Source: a virus. From it: DNA of 64,000 bases. Below the pieces are notes generated by a model. It searched no databases. It was not told the origin of the DNA and saw nothing but the letters and a program-made list of their open reading frames with translations. Positions 1 through 8,495 of this stretch are shown here, in pieces. Location of the stretch: positions 117,622 through 181,621 of the IMG/VR virus record IMGVR_UViG_3300018018_000001; one strand, given 5' to 3'. Position 1 is the stretch's first letter, and each line of letters starts with the position of its first letter. Made by a program: the position numbers and the translations under genes.

Positions 1-2
1 CA

Positions 3-266
3 TACCCTATAGAGTTTAAAAGAATAAGAGGATATATCAGGGAAAAGTTTAATTATGAGTGTGTTCTATGTGGAATAACTGAGGATAAAATTGGAAGGAA
101 ACATTCTTGTCATCATGTTGATTATGATAAGAGTAATATTTCTGAAGAAAACCTTACTTTATTATGCCAGGGGGATAATGCTAGAGTAAATACTGATAGA
201 GGCTTTTGGGAAACCCAATTCAAGATACTTAATGGGGTATTTGATCCTAAATTTTTAGGGCTATAA
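3..266 (+). CDS. HNH homing endonuclease, C-terminal part (family A), truncated by window edge
   Basis: Manual translation of frame 3: IREKFNYECVLCG...HHVDYDKSNISEENLTLLCQGDNARVN..WE; same motif as 2866, 5904 and 29353. Confidence 0.8.
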   Translation, partial: YPIEFKRIRGYIREKFNYECVLCGITEDKIGRKHSCHHVDYDKSNISEENLTLLCQGDNARVNTDRGFWETQFKILNGVFDPKFLGL

Positions 267-278
267 AAGGGGGGTAAG

Positions 279-470
279 GTGCTTATAAACCAGAAAAAAG
301 TAAAAGCCTACATTAAGGAACTGAACCCAGATACCCAAGTAGCCACTGACATTTGGCCTACAATCAATGAACAGGTTAAGACCCTTATCAGGTTAGCCCT
401 GAAGCGTAATGGGACCCACAAGAGGCTTACTACAGGGGAATTTGCGATTCTGGACCCATTAAAGTATTAG
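279..470 (+). CDS. Small basic protein, candidate bacterial-type histone fold
   Basis: 63 aa; LINQKKVKAYIKE...VATDIWPTINEQVKTLIRLALKR...HKRLTTGEF follows the alpha1-L1-alpha2-L2 pattern of minimal prokaryotic histones. Confidence 0.5.
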   Translation: MLINQKKVKAYIKELNPDTQVATDIWPTINEQVKTLIRLALKRNGTHKRLTTGEFAILDPLKY

Positions 471-479
471 GAGGATAAA

Positions 480-734
480 ATGATAATCCCGGAATATTTC
501 TATTATCGTGCATTGAATAATGGAGAGGTTCATGTCTTTTACAAAGAGACAAGAATCTTTATCATGAAGAAGAAATGGATAAAGGATGGATCAGGATTTA
601 CTATGGACTACTGGACTTGCAAATCCACCCTGTCCTATGTCCCTTCATTTAAAGAACCGGATTTTGATAAGGCTAAAGCAATGATTATGAAAGAACTGGA
701 AAAATTCCTTAACCTATTTTCGGAGGATAAATAA
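480..734 (+). CDS. Hypothetical protein
   Basis: ORF with GGAGG RBS. Confidence 0.7.
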   Translation: MIIPEYFYYRALNNGEVHVFYKETRIFIMKKKWIKDGSGFTMDYWTCKSTLSYVPSFKEPDFDKAKAMIMKELEKFLNLFSEDK

Positions 735-736
735 TC

Positions 737-994
737 ATGAGATTAAAAAACCATTTCGAGAAAATGTTTGACGGTATTTATTTAAGCTATAAATCCATAT
801 CCATAACCGATGATGGTAGACTGATTATGAAGACTGTCGGTTGCGGATGCTGCTCTGATGTGGAACCAGTGGATACGGATAACCTCCTGAAGGCGATTAC
901 TGAAACTGAGCACTACCTGAACCATCTTAAGGAATTAAAAAACAGGATTAAGAAAAATGCCCCTCTTCCGAAATTAAAGGAGAAATATAGTTAA
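737..994 (+). CDS. Hypothetical protein (GCGCC motif)
   Basis: ORF in operon context. Confidence 0.7.
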   Translation: MRLKNHFEKMFDGIYLSYKSISITDDGRLIMKTVGCGCCSDVEPVDTDNLLKAITETEHYLNHLKELKNRIKKNAPLPKLKEKYS

Positions 995-1019
995 ACTTTT
1001 TATATGTTCCCGCCGATAA
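992..1019 (+). promoter_or_regulatory. sigma28-like promoter P1
   Basis: TAAA-N16-GCCGATAA; TAA is the stop codon of the upstream gene. Confidence 0.8.
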
Positions 1020-1120
1020 GATAATTAAAGGGAGGAATATTATGAACTTAGTAGAATTCTTTGACCCAAGAAACCTGGACCATATTAAGGCTTACAAACA
1101 TCTTTGTGATAAAGGAAAAT

Positions 1121-1303
1121 ATGGAAAGAACAAAAGGAATAAAACATAAATGGAAAAAAGAAAGAAAAATAACTAATGAAATGATTTTAAAAATCACGGA
1201 GTTAAGAAAGAATGGTAAAAAATTAAAAGAAATAAAAAATGAAACAGGAATAAATACCTGTACTATCAGCTTAATTTGCAATAAAAAATATAGATTTAGT
1301 TAA
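1121..1303 (+). CDS. Small HTH DNA-binding protein
   Basis: LRKNGKKLKEIKNETGINTCTISLI helix-turn-helix pattern. Confidence 0.55.
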   Translation: MERTKGIKHKWKKERKITNEMILKITELRKNGKKLKEIKNETGINTCTISLICNKKYRFS

Positions 1304-1310
1304 AAAAGAC

Positions 1311-1338
1311 TAAACTATTTCTATATCCTTGCCGAAGA
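1311..1338 (+). promoter_or_regulatory. sigma28-like promoter P2
   Basis: TAAA-N16-GCCGAAGA upstream of the AAA ATPase. Confidence 0.8.
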
Positions 1339-1380
1339 GATATATAAAGAGGCACTAAAAACGCAAGGAGGAAAAGGAAA

Positions 1381-2856
1381 ATGGCTTCAAAATTCAATCA
1401 ATATCTTAAAGCGGGGTATCCGGCCATTTGGATTGAAACTCATGAAGAATTCAGGGCTATTGCCACCCTAGCTTTTGAGTCAAATGGATATTCGGTTTTC
1501 TCATGGGATGTAGTCACTGGCCAACGGGACCATGCCACTGATAAGTATACAAAGGAATCCCCTGAAACCCCGATGAAAGAGATTGGCCGAATTCTCCAGA
1601 TGAAACCCGGTAGTGTAGTATTTCTTAAGGATTTTCCCAAGTTTTTTAACAATATTGAAGTCCTTCGTTCAATTAAAAATCTCATTTCTGAGATTAAAGC
1701 TGATGACAGGCATATTATTTTTATCAGTCCTGCGGTAAATATCCCCATTGAATTGGAAAAGGATGTAACCGTATTGCCCTTTACCCTTCCTACCGTTGAT
1801 GAATTGGTCCAGGTAGCGGAGAAGATAGTAAAAGATAACAAGTTTGATTCAGATAAATTTGATAAGAATAATAAACTGATTTCTAAAAAAGTAGAAGTGG
1901 ACCGTAAAACCATTTCAGTGGCCAAAGGGTTAACCCTACAAGAGGCCGAAAATGCAATGGCCAGATCCATAGTGGAAGAAAAGGGATTTTCCCGAAAGAT
2001 CCTGGAAGAAGAAAAACTCCAGTGCATTAAGAAGTCAGGCATGATGGAACTCTTTGAACCCATGCCCGAAGCCGAATTGGTTATGGATGGATTGAAAATG
2101 TATATCCATAGGAGAGTCAAGGGTTTTGAGCCTGATTCTACTATGCCCACTCCTAAGGGAATTCTCTTGGTGGGTATTCCAGGTGGTGGGAAGTCATTGG
2201 CCTCTAAGGTTATCGCCAGTGTTCTGGGTTGCCCTCTGGTTCGTGTAGACATTGGGGCCTTAAAGGGTAGCAAGGTGGGGGAATCCGAAGCCCGTATGAG
2301 ACAGTGTTTAGCCCAAATTGATGCCTTAGGATTCTGTGTAGTGTGGATGGATGAGATTGAAAAAGTCCTGAGCGGTGTTCAATCCAGTGGCCAATCGGAT
2401 GCAGGGACAACCTCTACCATGTTTGGAACCCTGTTAACCTGGATGCAAGAATCAAAATTCCCCCATTACATTGTGGCCACCTGTAATGAAATTCAAGACT
2501 TACTGGCCATTTCCCAAGGTGCCTTGTTAAGACGGTTTGATGATATCTTTTTTGTAGATCTTCCTTCTAAAGAAGAACGTGAAGAAATTATTAAGATTAT
2601 GAATAAGAGATACAGCACTAAATTAAATGGAAATTTAGCGGAAAGAACTCAGGGATGGACTGGAGCAGAAATTGAAAAATATGTTATAGCCAGTATTTAT
2701 GATGGAGAAGAAGAAGCTTTCAATAATGTCCATCCAATTAGTGAACAGAACAAAGAGATCATTGAAAATGCCCGGAAATGGTCTTTACAAAATGCACGTA
2801 TCGCTAATTCAAGAAAAGTGGAAATTAAACCTGAAGGAAGAAAGATTAGAGTGTAG
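1381..2856 (+). CDS. AAA+ ATPase, Ycf46-like
   Basis: Walker A GIPGGGKS, Walker B VWMDEIEK, sensor/arginine finger LLRRFDDIFFVDLP, degenerate N-terminal AAA domain (YPAIWIETHEE..A). Confidence 0.9.
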   Translation: MASKFNQYLKAGYPAIWIETHEEFRAIATLAFESNGYSVFSWDVVTGQRDHATDKYTKESPETPMKEIGRILQMKPGSVVFLKDFPKFFNNIEVLRSIKNLISEIKADDRHIIFISPAVNIPIELEKDVTVLPFTLPTVDELVQVAEKIVKDNKFDSDKFDKNNKLISKKVEVDRKTISVAKGLTLQEAENAMARSIVEEKGFSRKILEEEKLQCIKKSGMMELFEPMPEAELVMDGLKMYIHRRVKGFEPDSTMPTPKGILLVGIPGGGKSLASKVIASVLGCPLVRVDIGALKGSKVGESEARMRQCLAQIDALGFCVVWMDEIEKVLSGVQSSGQSDAGTTSTMFGTLLTWMQESKFPHYIVATCNEIQDLLAISQGALLRRFDDIFFVDLPSKEEREEIIKIMNKRYSTKLNGNLAERTQGWTGAEIEKYVIASIYDGEEEAFNNVHPISEQNKEIIENARKWSLQNARIANSRKVEIKPEGRKIRV

Positions 2857-2865
2857 AGAATTAAT

Positions 2866-3495
2866 ATGATTATTTCTAAACTTTGTGAATGTAATTGTGG
2901 CCAATATGCTAAACCTGGAAATAGATTTATTCTTGGTCATAATACAAAAGGGAAAAAGAATCTTACTCTCTCTGAAAGAAATAAGAAACGAAATATGAAG
3001 GGTGAGAATAACCCTATGTTTGGAAATAAAAATCCAATTCGTTCCGAAATGAATAAACAAAATGTGGGTGAAAAGAATCCTTGTTTTAAGAGAAAACATA
3101 CTGAAGATGAATTAAGAAATCTTAGTAAGCTTAATAAAGGTAAAAAGAGACCTTATGTTTCCGAAAGAAATAAAAAATTGGTAGGTAACAAGAATCCAAT
3201 ATTTGGTAAGAAGGGTGAACTTAGTCCAAATTGGAAAGGAGGAATCTCTTTTGAACTTTATGGTCTTGGATTTAATAAAGAGTTAAAGAAATATATTAGA
3301 GAGAAATTTAATCATACTTGTGTTCTTTGCGGTGAGTTTGCAAAGATCCCCCATCATATAGATTATAATAAGAGGAATAATCAGGAAGATAATTTTGTCC
3401 TTTTATGTAATTCATGTAATTCCAAAGTTAATAAGAATAGAATCCAATGGGAAATTTATTTTAGATCATATATTCTAAGATTAAAGGAGGAATAA
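2866..3495 (+). CDS. HNH homing endonuclease with NUMOD3-like repeats (family A)
   Basis: CECNCG N-terminus, GENNPMFG repeats, CVLC..HHIDYNKRNNQEDNFVLLCNSCN. Confidence 0.85.
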   Translation: MIISKLCECNCGQYAKPGNRFILGHNTKGKKNLTLSERNKKRNMKGENNPMFGNKNPIRSEMNKQNVGEKNPCFKRKHTEDELRNLSKLNKGKKRPYVSERNKKLVGNKNPIFGKKGELSPNWKGGISFELYGLGFNKELKKYIREKFNHTCVLCGEFAKIPHHIDYNKRNNQEDNFVLLCNSCNSKVNKNRIQWEIYFRSYILRLKEE

Positions 3496-3496
3496 A

Positions 3497-3703
3497 ATGC
3501 CAAGGGAAGTATTAAGAGATGAAGTAGAACATGTGGAATTAGAGGTAAGTCAACTGGAGAAAGAGCGGAAAGAACTCAATGCCGAAGCTGAATTTGAACT
3601 TGAGGTTGATTCCTTGACTTTTGAAATAGCGTGGTCCACAAATTTACCTTATGAAGAAGCCAGAAAACAGGCTCTTAAAAAATTAATGAGTAAGGGGGTT
3701 TAA
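3497..3703 (+). CDS. Hypothetical protein
   Basis: ORF with AGGAGG RBS. Confidence 0.65.
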   Translation: MPREVLRDEVEHVELEVSQLEKERKELNAEAEFELEVDSLTFEIAWSTNLPYEEARKQALKKLMSKGV

Positions 3704-3714
3704 GAGGAAGTAAC

Positions 3715-3897
3715 ATGGAGGCAATATATATTTATGTAAGTACGTTGTTCTTTATTTTTGCCGGATTCGTGGTTAAGTGGTCTGCAGGATGGGGGAATAC
3801 GTTTGTAAGGTTTATCGCAATCCTGCTGGCTATCTCAGGGATAGTCTTATCCTTGGCTAAACTGGGGTTTATGCTTCCCCCTCTGATACATCCATAA
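3715..3897 (+). CDS. Small membrane protein (2 TM)
   Basis: Two hydrophobic stretches; GAGG RBS. Confidence 0.7.
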   Translation: MEAIYIYVSTLFFIFAGFVVKWSAGWGNTFVRFIAILLAISGIVLSLAKLGFMLPPLIHP

Positions 3898-3911
3898 GGA
3901 GAAAAATCACT

Positions 3912-4259
3912 ATGAAATTTGCAAGTCCAGAACAATACCTTACCGCAGGATGCCTTTTCTTGGTGGGAGAAAAAAAGAACCAAACAATATTCAATGGTCT
4001 TCATGAAAATACAAATGGAAGTATCTGTGAGACTGGTTGCGCCTACATTGATAAATGCCAGGCTTATAGGATTCTTTCCTCAAGGCTCACTGAAACCCCT
4101 GAGGAAAAGAAAATACCCATGCCTACCAATGCCCAGATAGCCGCTAAGCTGGGGGTAACAAAAAGGCAGGTGTCCAAGATGAGAATCAAAGGAACTCTTA
4201 AGGCTGAAATCCTTAAGAGGGGTTTGGAAAACGAATTTAGTAATCTATCACTGATTTAG
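3912..4259 (+). CDS. Cys-containing protein with C-terminal HTH
   Basis: PTNAQIAAKLGVTKRQVSKMR helix-turn-helix. Confidence 0.65.
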   Translation: MKFASPEQYLTAGCLFLVGEKKNQTIFNGLHENTNGSICETGCAYIDKCQAYRILSSRLTETPEEKKIPMPTNAQIAAKLGVTKRQVSKMRIKGTLKAEILKRGLENEFSNLSLI

Positions 4260-4389
4260 TGGATTCTCAGGAATACCTAGAAGGTGAGAAAACGGGATGG
4301 GAACCGGAGACCCAGAATAACTACTCGAAGGGCTGATTCCCGTATCTGTAGGTCCTTTATCCCTGTGATTTCCTATTAGAGGGTAGAAT

Positions 4390-4470
4390 GATAAGGTAGC
4401 CCAGTGGGGAAGGGCAGCAGACTGTAAATTTGTGGCTTCGGCTGTGTAGGTTCAAATCCTACCCTTATCA
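4390..4470 (+). tRNA. tRNA-Tyr (GTA), CCA not encoded
   Basis: Acceptor GATAAGG/CCTTATC; anticodon arm GCAGA-CTGTAAA-TTTGT; long variable arm; T-arm GTAGG-TTCAAAT-CCTAC; followed by TTC, not CCA. Confidence 0.9.
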
Positions 4471-4487
4471 TTCTGCTCTTTATTTAA

Positions 4488-4502
4488 TGACATTTTATGT
4501 CA
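4488..4502. promoter_or_regulatory. Palindromic operator candidate O1
   Basis: TGACAT-TTT-ATGTCA, 15 nt upstream of P3. Confidence 0.6.
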
Positions 4503-4517
4503 CCATTAAAAAATAAC

Positions 4518-4544
4518 TAAACTTTTTCCAGGAATAGCCGATAA
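4518..4544 (+). promoter_or_regulatory. sigma28-like promoter P3
   Basis: TAAA-N15-GCCGATAA. Confidence 0.85.
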
Positions 4545-4582
4545 GATATTTAGAGGCAAGAAAATAACAAGGAGGTAAGAGA

Positions 4583-4732
4583 GTGAAGATTGTTAAACCC
4601 ATCGGATACTTTGAGGACCATCGGCAGAAGAAGTTATTTCTGTTAGACAAAGCCACTTTAACCTTGACTCAGGTTCAGGAAACCATGTTTAAAAAGTGGA
4701 AGGCCATAATTGAGCAAAGGATGGAAAGGTAG
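4583..4732 (+). CDS. Small hypothetical protein (49 aa)
   Basis: AAGGAGGT RBS, GTG start, MKIVKPIGYFEDHRQKKLF...; below the ORF-track length cut-off. Confidence 0.6.
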   Translation: MKIVKPIGYFEDHRQKKLFLLDKATLTLTQVQETMFKKWKAIIEQRMER

Positions 4733-5249
4733 GAATTTGAAAGAGATTCCTCTAATCCCATTAGTCCCTGAAATGGGCAACCAAAAAGCGATTGTTGACG
4801 ATGAGGATTATGATCGTCTTATAAAATACAAGTGGTATTTGAATGCTCAGGGATACGCAGTCCGGTATATTGAGAAGGATGGGAAGCGGGTCTACATCCG
4901 TATGCACAGGGAAATCTTTAATACCCCTGAAGGTTTGGATACTGACCATAAAGAGAGGAATAATAGGACAGACAACAGGAAGGAAAATCTGAGGTCATGT
5001 ACCCGTGGGGATAATTCAAAAAATTCTAACCCTTGGAGTACTGACAGTAAATTTTGCTCTATTTATAAGGGAGTTACCTGGCATAATAGGAAAAAACATC
5101 CTTGGGTAGCAAGGATTAGGGTTAATAGGAAATATATTCATCTTGGGGTATTCAAAACAGAGATTGAGGCTGCTTTAGCCTATAATGAGGCAGCCAGGAA
5201 GTATTTTAAAGAGTTTGCCTACCAAAATGACATAAAATGTCAACCTTAA
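4710..5249 (+). CDS. HNH-AP2 homing endonuclease
   Basis: AIVDDEDY, MHREI..DTDHKERNNRTDNRKENLR (HNH), YKGVTW..WVARI..HLGVFKTEIEAALAYNEAA (AP2). Confidence 0.9.
   Translation: MSKGWKGRNLKEIPLIPLVPEMGNQKAIVDDEDYDRLIKYKWYLNAQGYAVRYIEKDGKRVYIRMHREIFNTPEGLDTDHKERNNRTDNRKENLRSCTRGDNSKNSNPWSTDSKFCSIYKGVTWHNRKKHPWVARIRVNRKYIHLGVFKTEIEAALAYNEAARKYFKEFAYQNDIKCQP
5228..5242. promoter_or_regulatory. Palindromic operator candidate O2
   Basis: TGACAT-AAA-ATGTCA, 14 nt upstream of P4. Confidence 0.6.
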
Positions 5250-5256
5250 AAATAAC

Positions 5257-5283
5257 TAAACTTTTTCTAACTTCTGTCGATAA
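5257..5283 (+). promoter_or_regulatory. sigma28-like promoter P4
   Basis: TAAA-N15-GTCGATAA. Confidence 0.75.
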
Positions 5284-5340
5284 GATCTATAGAAGTAAGC
5301 AAAATAAAAGACAAAGGAGGGTACTACAATTTCTCATACA

Positions 5341-5691
5341 ATGAACATCAGAACTGAGATAAGGGACCGGATAGCTCTTGAAGCTGCCTGTAAGGAATTG
5401 GGCATCAAGATCCTTGAAGGTAATAGCCACCATCTTTATGGTGGAACTGAATATGGAATTGGCCTTAAAATCCCTGGCTGGAATTACCCGGTAGTAGTCA
5501 AGGATAATGGGACCTTGGCCTTTGACGATTATAAAGGGTCTTGGGGTAACAAGCAGGACCTTACCAAACTTATGGCCTATTATGGCCTTGAGAAGTCTAA
5601 GGCTGAAGCTGAGGATCAGGGTTACACAGTAGAGGAAAGTTATAATTCCCAAACTCAAGAATTAGAACTTGAAATCACAGTGGAGGAATAA
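5341..5691 (+). CDS. DUF1257 (Ycf35-like) protein
   Basis: TEIRDRIALEAACKELG, GWNYPVVV, L..YYGLEK.KAEA..QGYTVEE, LELEI. Confidence 0.75.
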   Translation: MNIRTEIRDRIALEAACKELGIKILEGNSHHLYGGTEYGIGLKIPGWNYPVVVKDNGTLAFDDYKGSWGNKQDLTKLMAYYGLEKSKAEAEDQGYTVEESYNSQTQELELEITVEE

Positions 5692-5693
5692 TC

Positions 5694-5900
5694 ATGTCTA
5701 AAAAAATCAAAATGAGATTTGATCTGAGAACGGGAGAAATAAAGGTGGAAGCAGAAGGATTTATAGGCCCTTCTTGCCAAAAGGCCACTGAATTTCTTAA
5801 AAATACCCTTGGGGAAGTAACCGATTTTACCCAAAAATCGGAATGGTTCGAAGAAAACCTTCAGTTATCTGGCTGTATTGATACTGATCTTTGTGGGTAA
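5694..5900 (+). CDS. DUF2997 protein
   Basis: GEIKVEAEGFIGPSCQKATEFL...KSEWF. Confidence 0.8.
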   Translation: MSKKIKMRFDLRTGEIKVEAEGFIGPSCQKATEFLKNTLGEVTDFTQKSEWFEENLQLSGCIDTDLCG

Positions 5901-5903
5901 GAT

Positions 5904-6527
5904 ATGAATATTTGTGATCATGGTTGCGGACAAGAAGCTAAGTATTATTCTCAACAAACTAAAAAATGGCGTTGTAGTAAATGGCCTAGCTCTTGCCCAG
6001 AACTTAGAAGAAAAGATAGTGAGTCCCATAAAAAGCCTAAACCAGATCTTAAATTATGTGAATGTGGCTGTGGGAATTTTGCTAAGCCGGGTAAGAGATT
6101 TATACATTGGCATCATACAAGAGGAAAGAAAAGACTTGACTTGGCTGGCAAAAAAAGACCAGATCATTCTATCAAAATGACAGGTGAAGGAAATCCAAGG
6201 TTTGGCCAACCTGGTTATTGGAGAGATAAAAATAGGCCAGAATTTTCTGGTGAAAATCATCCTAATTGGCAAGGTGGCGTCTCTTTTGAACCTTATTCTC
6301 CTAAATTTAATAAACAATTTAAGACTATAATAAGAGAAAGAGATAATTACACTTGTCAACTATGTGGAGAATATGGAAACTTTGTTCACCACATAGATTA
6401 CAACAAGGAAAATACCAATCCTAATAATGCATTAACTTTATGCAATCCCGATAATTCTAAGGTAAATTTCAATAGGGACCAGTGGGAAACTTATTTTAGG
6501 CTTTATTTATTGATAAAAAAGAACTAA
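5904..6527 (+). CDS. HNH homing endonuclease (family A)
   Basis: CDHGCG/CECGCG zinc motifs, IRERDNYTCQLCG, HHIDYNKEN. Confidence 0.85.
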   Translation: MNICDHGCGQEAKYYSQQTKKWRCSKWPSSCPELRRKDSESHKKPKPDLKLCECGCGNFAKPGKRFIHWHHTRGKKRLDLAGKKRPDHSIKMTGEGNPRFGQPGYWRDKNRPEFSGENHPNWQGGVSFEPYSPKFNKQFKTIIRERDNYTCQLCGEYGNFVHHIDYNKENTNPNNALTLCNPDNSKVNFNRDQWETYFRLYLLIKKN

Positions 6528-6551
6528 AGTTTTTTAAAAAACTGACGATAA
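6525..6551 (+). promoter_or_regulatory. sigma28-like promoter P5
   Basis: TAAAGTTT-N11-GACGATAA; TAA is the stop codon of the upstream gene. Confidence 0.8.
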
Positions 6552-6578
6552 GATATATAAACAAAAGGAGGAAACAAA

Positions 6579-7439
6579 ATGGAAACTAACATGCAGGAAA
6601 GGGTACTTGTTGTAAGACTACATATTAGTAGATGGTGTCCCTGGGGTTACGATCAAAAAAAGGCTGCAGAGGTAGCTACCCAAGAGGGTTCCAAGAAGGA
6701 AGATACCCATGTTACCAAGCGGAAAATCAGCAAAGATGCCCTGAAGGATATCAATGATTTGCTGAATCAGGCTTATACCTATCATATCAGTGTCACGATG
6801 CCCTCAGGTGCTGATGGAGATCGGCTGATTACTACCGACCTCTACACCGAATATTGCACCAAGATGAATGAGTTTGAAACCAAGATACCGGCAGCTTTGG
6901 ATAAATTCCTTTCTGAATATCCCACGTGGAAAGAAGAAGCCAGGACCCGCCTCCAGGGATTATTCAAGGAAACCGATTATCCCTCAGTGGAAGAAGTCAA
7001 GAAGAAATTTTCTATCCGCTATTCTTTCCTGCCTCTCCCCTCAGTCAATAACATTGTGGTCAAGTTAGTCAACGGGGATTTGGCCAACGTCCGTAAGAAC
7101 GTGGAAGAGGAAATGTCTAAGATGTCCGAAATCGCCATGAAAAGCCTGTGGGACAAAACCTATGATGCAGTGGCTCACATGGCAGAGATCCTTGGTTCTG
7201 ATGCCCGTTTACACAAGTCCATGCTGGACAACATGAATGGTCTTTGTAATGTCCTGAAGTCCCTGAATTTCACCAACAACCCTGAATTGGAAGAGATGAG
7301 GTTAAAGATTTCAGTCCGTTTGGTTGGCCTTGACCCCAATGACCTTCGTAAATCCAGGAGTGTTAGAGAGGAGGTGGCCCGGGAAGCCAAGTCAATAGCT
7401 TTGGAAATATCACAGAAACGTATGATTCGCCTTGAGTAG
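6579..7439 (+). CDS. DUF3150-like helical protein
   Basis: VLVVRLHISRW N-terminus, DYPSVEEVKKKFS, LKSLNFTNNPELEE; recognised by overall pattern only. Confidence 0.5.
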   Translation: METNMQERVLVVRLHISRWCPWGYDQKKAAEVATQEGSKKEDTHVTKRKISKDALKDINDLLNQAYTYHISVTMPSGADGDRLITTDLYTEYCTKMNEFETKIPAALDKFLSEYPTWKEEARTRLQGLFKETDYPSVEEVKKKFSIRYSFLPLPSVNNIVVKLVNGDLANVRKNVEEEMSKMSEIAMKSLWDKTYDAVAHMAEILGSDARLHKSMLDNMNGLCNVLKSLNFTNNPELEEMRLKISVRLVGLDPNDLRKSRSVREEVAREAKSIALEISQKRMIRLE

Positions 7440-7746
7440 TTTACTGAGTATGGGGAGGGGCCTCCAGAGGTCTCTCAAGAGGGTATCCCCTTCAGTACCA
7501 AAGGATTTGCCCCTCCCCATTTTTTTAGACCAATTTAAAGATGCATTCGATAGGGAGGAACACCTTGTTTCGGCTATTAAGCAATACCTCAGGACAGAAG
7601 AACAGAGGAAATGGCTTTATGATCATGATCTTTCAATTGAGGATTGTTTGAATGGAAGGTATCCTGGGGATCTTGAAGAAGAAGTGGCTGAGGTTTTATA
7701 TAAACCCTGGAATGAGATTTTAGGATTTCGTGAGTTTGGATCTTAA
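7432..7746 (+). CDS. Hypothetical protein
   Basis: ORF; start uncertain. Confidence 0.55.
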   Translation: MSSLLSMGRGLQRSLKRVSPSVPKDLPLPIFLDQFKDAFDREEHLVSAIKQYLRTEEQRKWLYDHDLSIEDCLNGRYPGDLEEEVAEVLYKPWNEILGFREFGS

Positions 7747-7748
7747 CA

Positions 7749-7946
7749 ATGTTTTCTTATATTTTTTATATATCTCTTGGAATAATTCTTATACTGGGAG
7801 TAATAGTTATTCCGATTTATGTGAATTTGTCTGAGTCTATTAAAGAAGAGTTAGAAAAGTTAGTTAAAACATCAGAGAGGATTAAAAATATTCCAAAAGA
7901 GGTTACAAAAAATCCAAAGATAGATCGTAAGATCAGATTGGACTAA
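7749..7946 (+). CDS. Single-pass membrane protein ending RKIRLD
   Basis: N-terminal hydrophobic helix with charged tail. Confidence 0.65.
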   Translation: MFSYIFYISLGIILILGVIVIPIYVNLSESIKEELEKLVKTSERIKNIPKEVTKNPKIDRKIRLD

Positions 7947-7959
7947 AAAGGAGAATGAA

Positions 7960-8253
7960 ATGGCAAAGAGACCCACTTTGAAAGACAAAATTGAGGAAGT
8001 CAAGAAACTGAAGGAAATGAAACCTCATGTGCTCAGGCAGAGTATATTTGGGGATGACCATCATGCCGCTATTGACGCCCAGATTGAAGTCATAGATGAA
8101 TACATGGGACAGGATGACATTGAAGATAGATTCAGTGGTGAGCCAGAAAATGTTTACACAGCGGCTATGGATGCAGCCATATGGTTAGAGGGGGAAGAGA
8201 TAGACGATTTTACAACCCCATCCGAATCCTGGAAAGAACTGGTGAGGATATGA
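7960..8253 (+). CDS. Hypothetical protein
   Basis: AAGGAG RBS. Confidence 0.7.
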   Translation: MAKRPTLKDKIEEVKKLKEMKPHVLRQSIFGDDHHAAIDAQIEVIDEYMGQDDIEDRFSGEPENVYTAAMDAAIWLEGEEIDDFTTPSESWKELVRI

Positions 8254-8495
8254 TAACAAATGCATTTCGACTTCAACCGCAAGAAACACCAGGAGGGATT
8301 GAAGATGTTATTATATTTATTATCATGTGGTTTATTTTTGTTGCAATATATCTTCTCCCGACCATTGTTTCTGTCATAAGAAAACACAGGAACATGACCG
8401 CTATCTTTATCCTGAATGTCTTACTTGGTTGGACATTCTTTGGGTGGGTAGTTGCTCTTATTTGGTCAGTATTTAAAGAAAAACCAAAAGATTAA
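8250..8495 (+). CDS. imm: Superinfection immunity protein (T4 Imm family)
   Basis: IYLLPTIVSVIRKHRNMTAIFILNVLLGWTFFGWVVALIWS; ATG overlaps the upstream stop. Confidence 0.85.
   Translation: MITNAFRLQPQETPGGIEDVIIFIIMWFIFVAIYLLPTIVSVIRKHRNMTAIFILNVLLGWTFFGWVVALIWSVFKEKPKD

Noticed and set aside
1440-2273. 277-aa minus-strand ORF and other minus-strand ORFs
   Set aside because: Antisense shadows of well-supported plus-strand genes, with no RBS or motifs.
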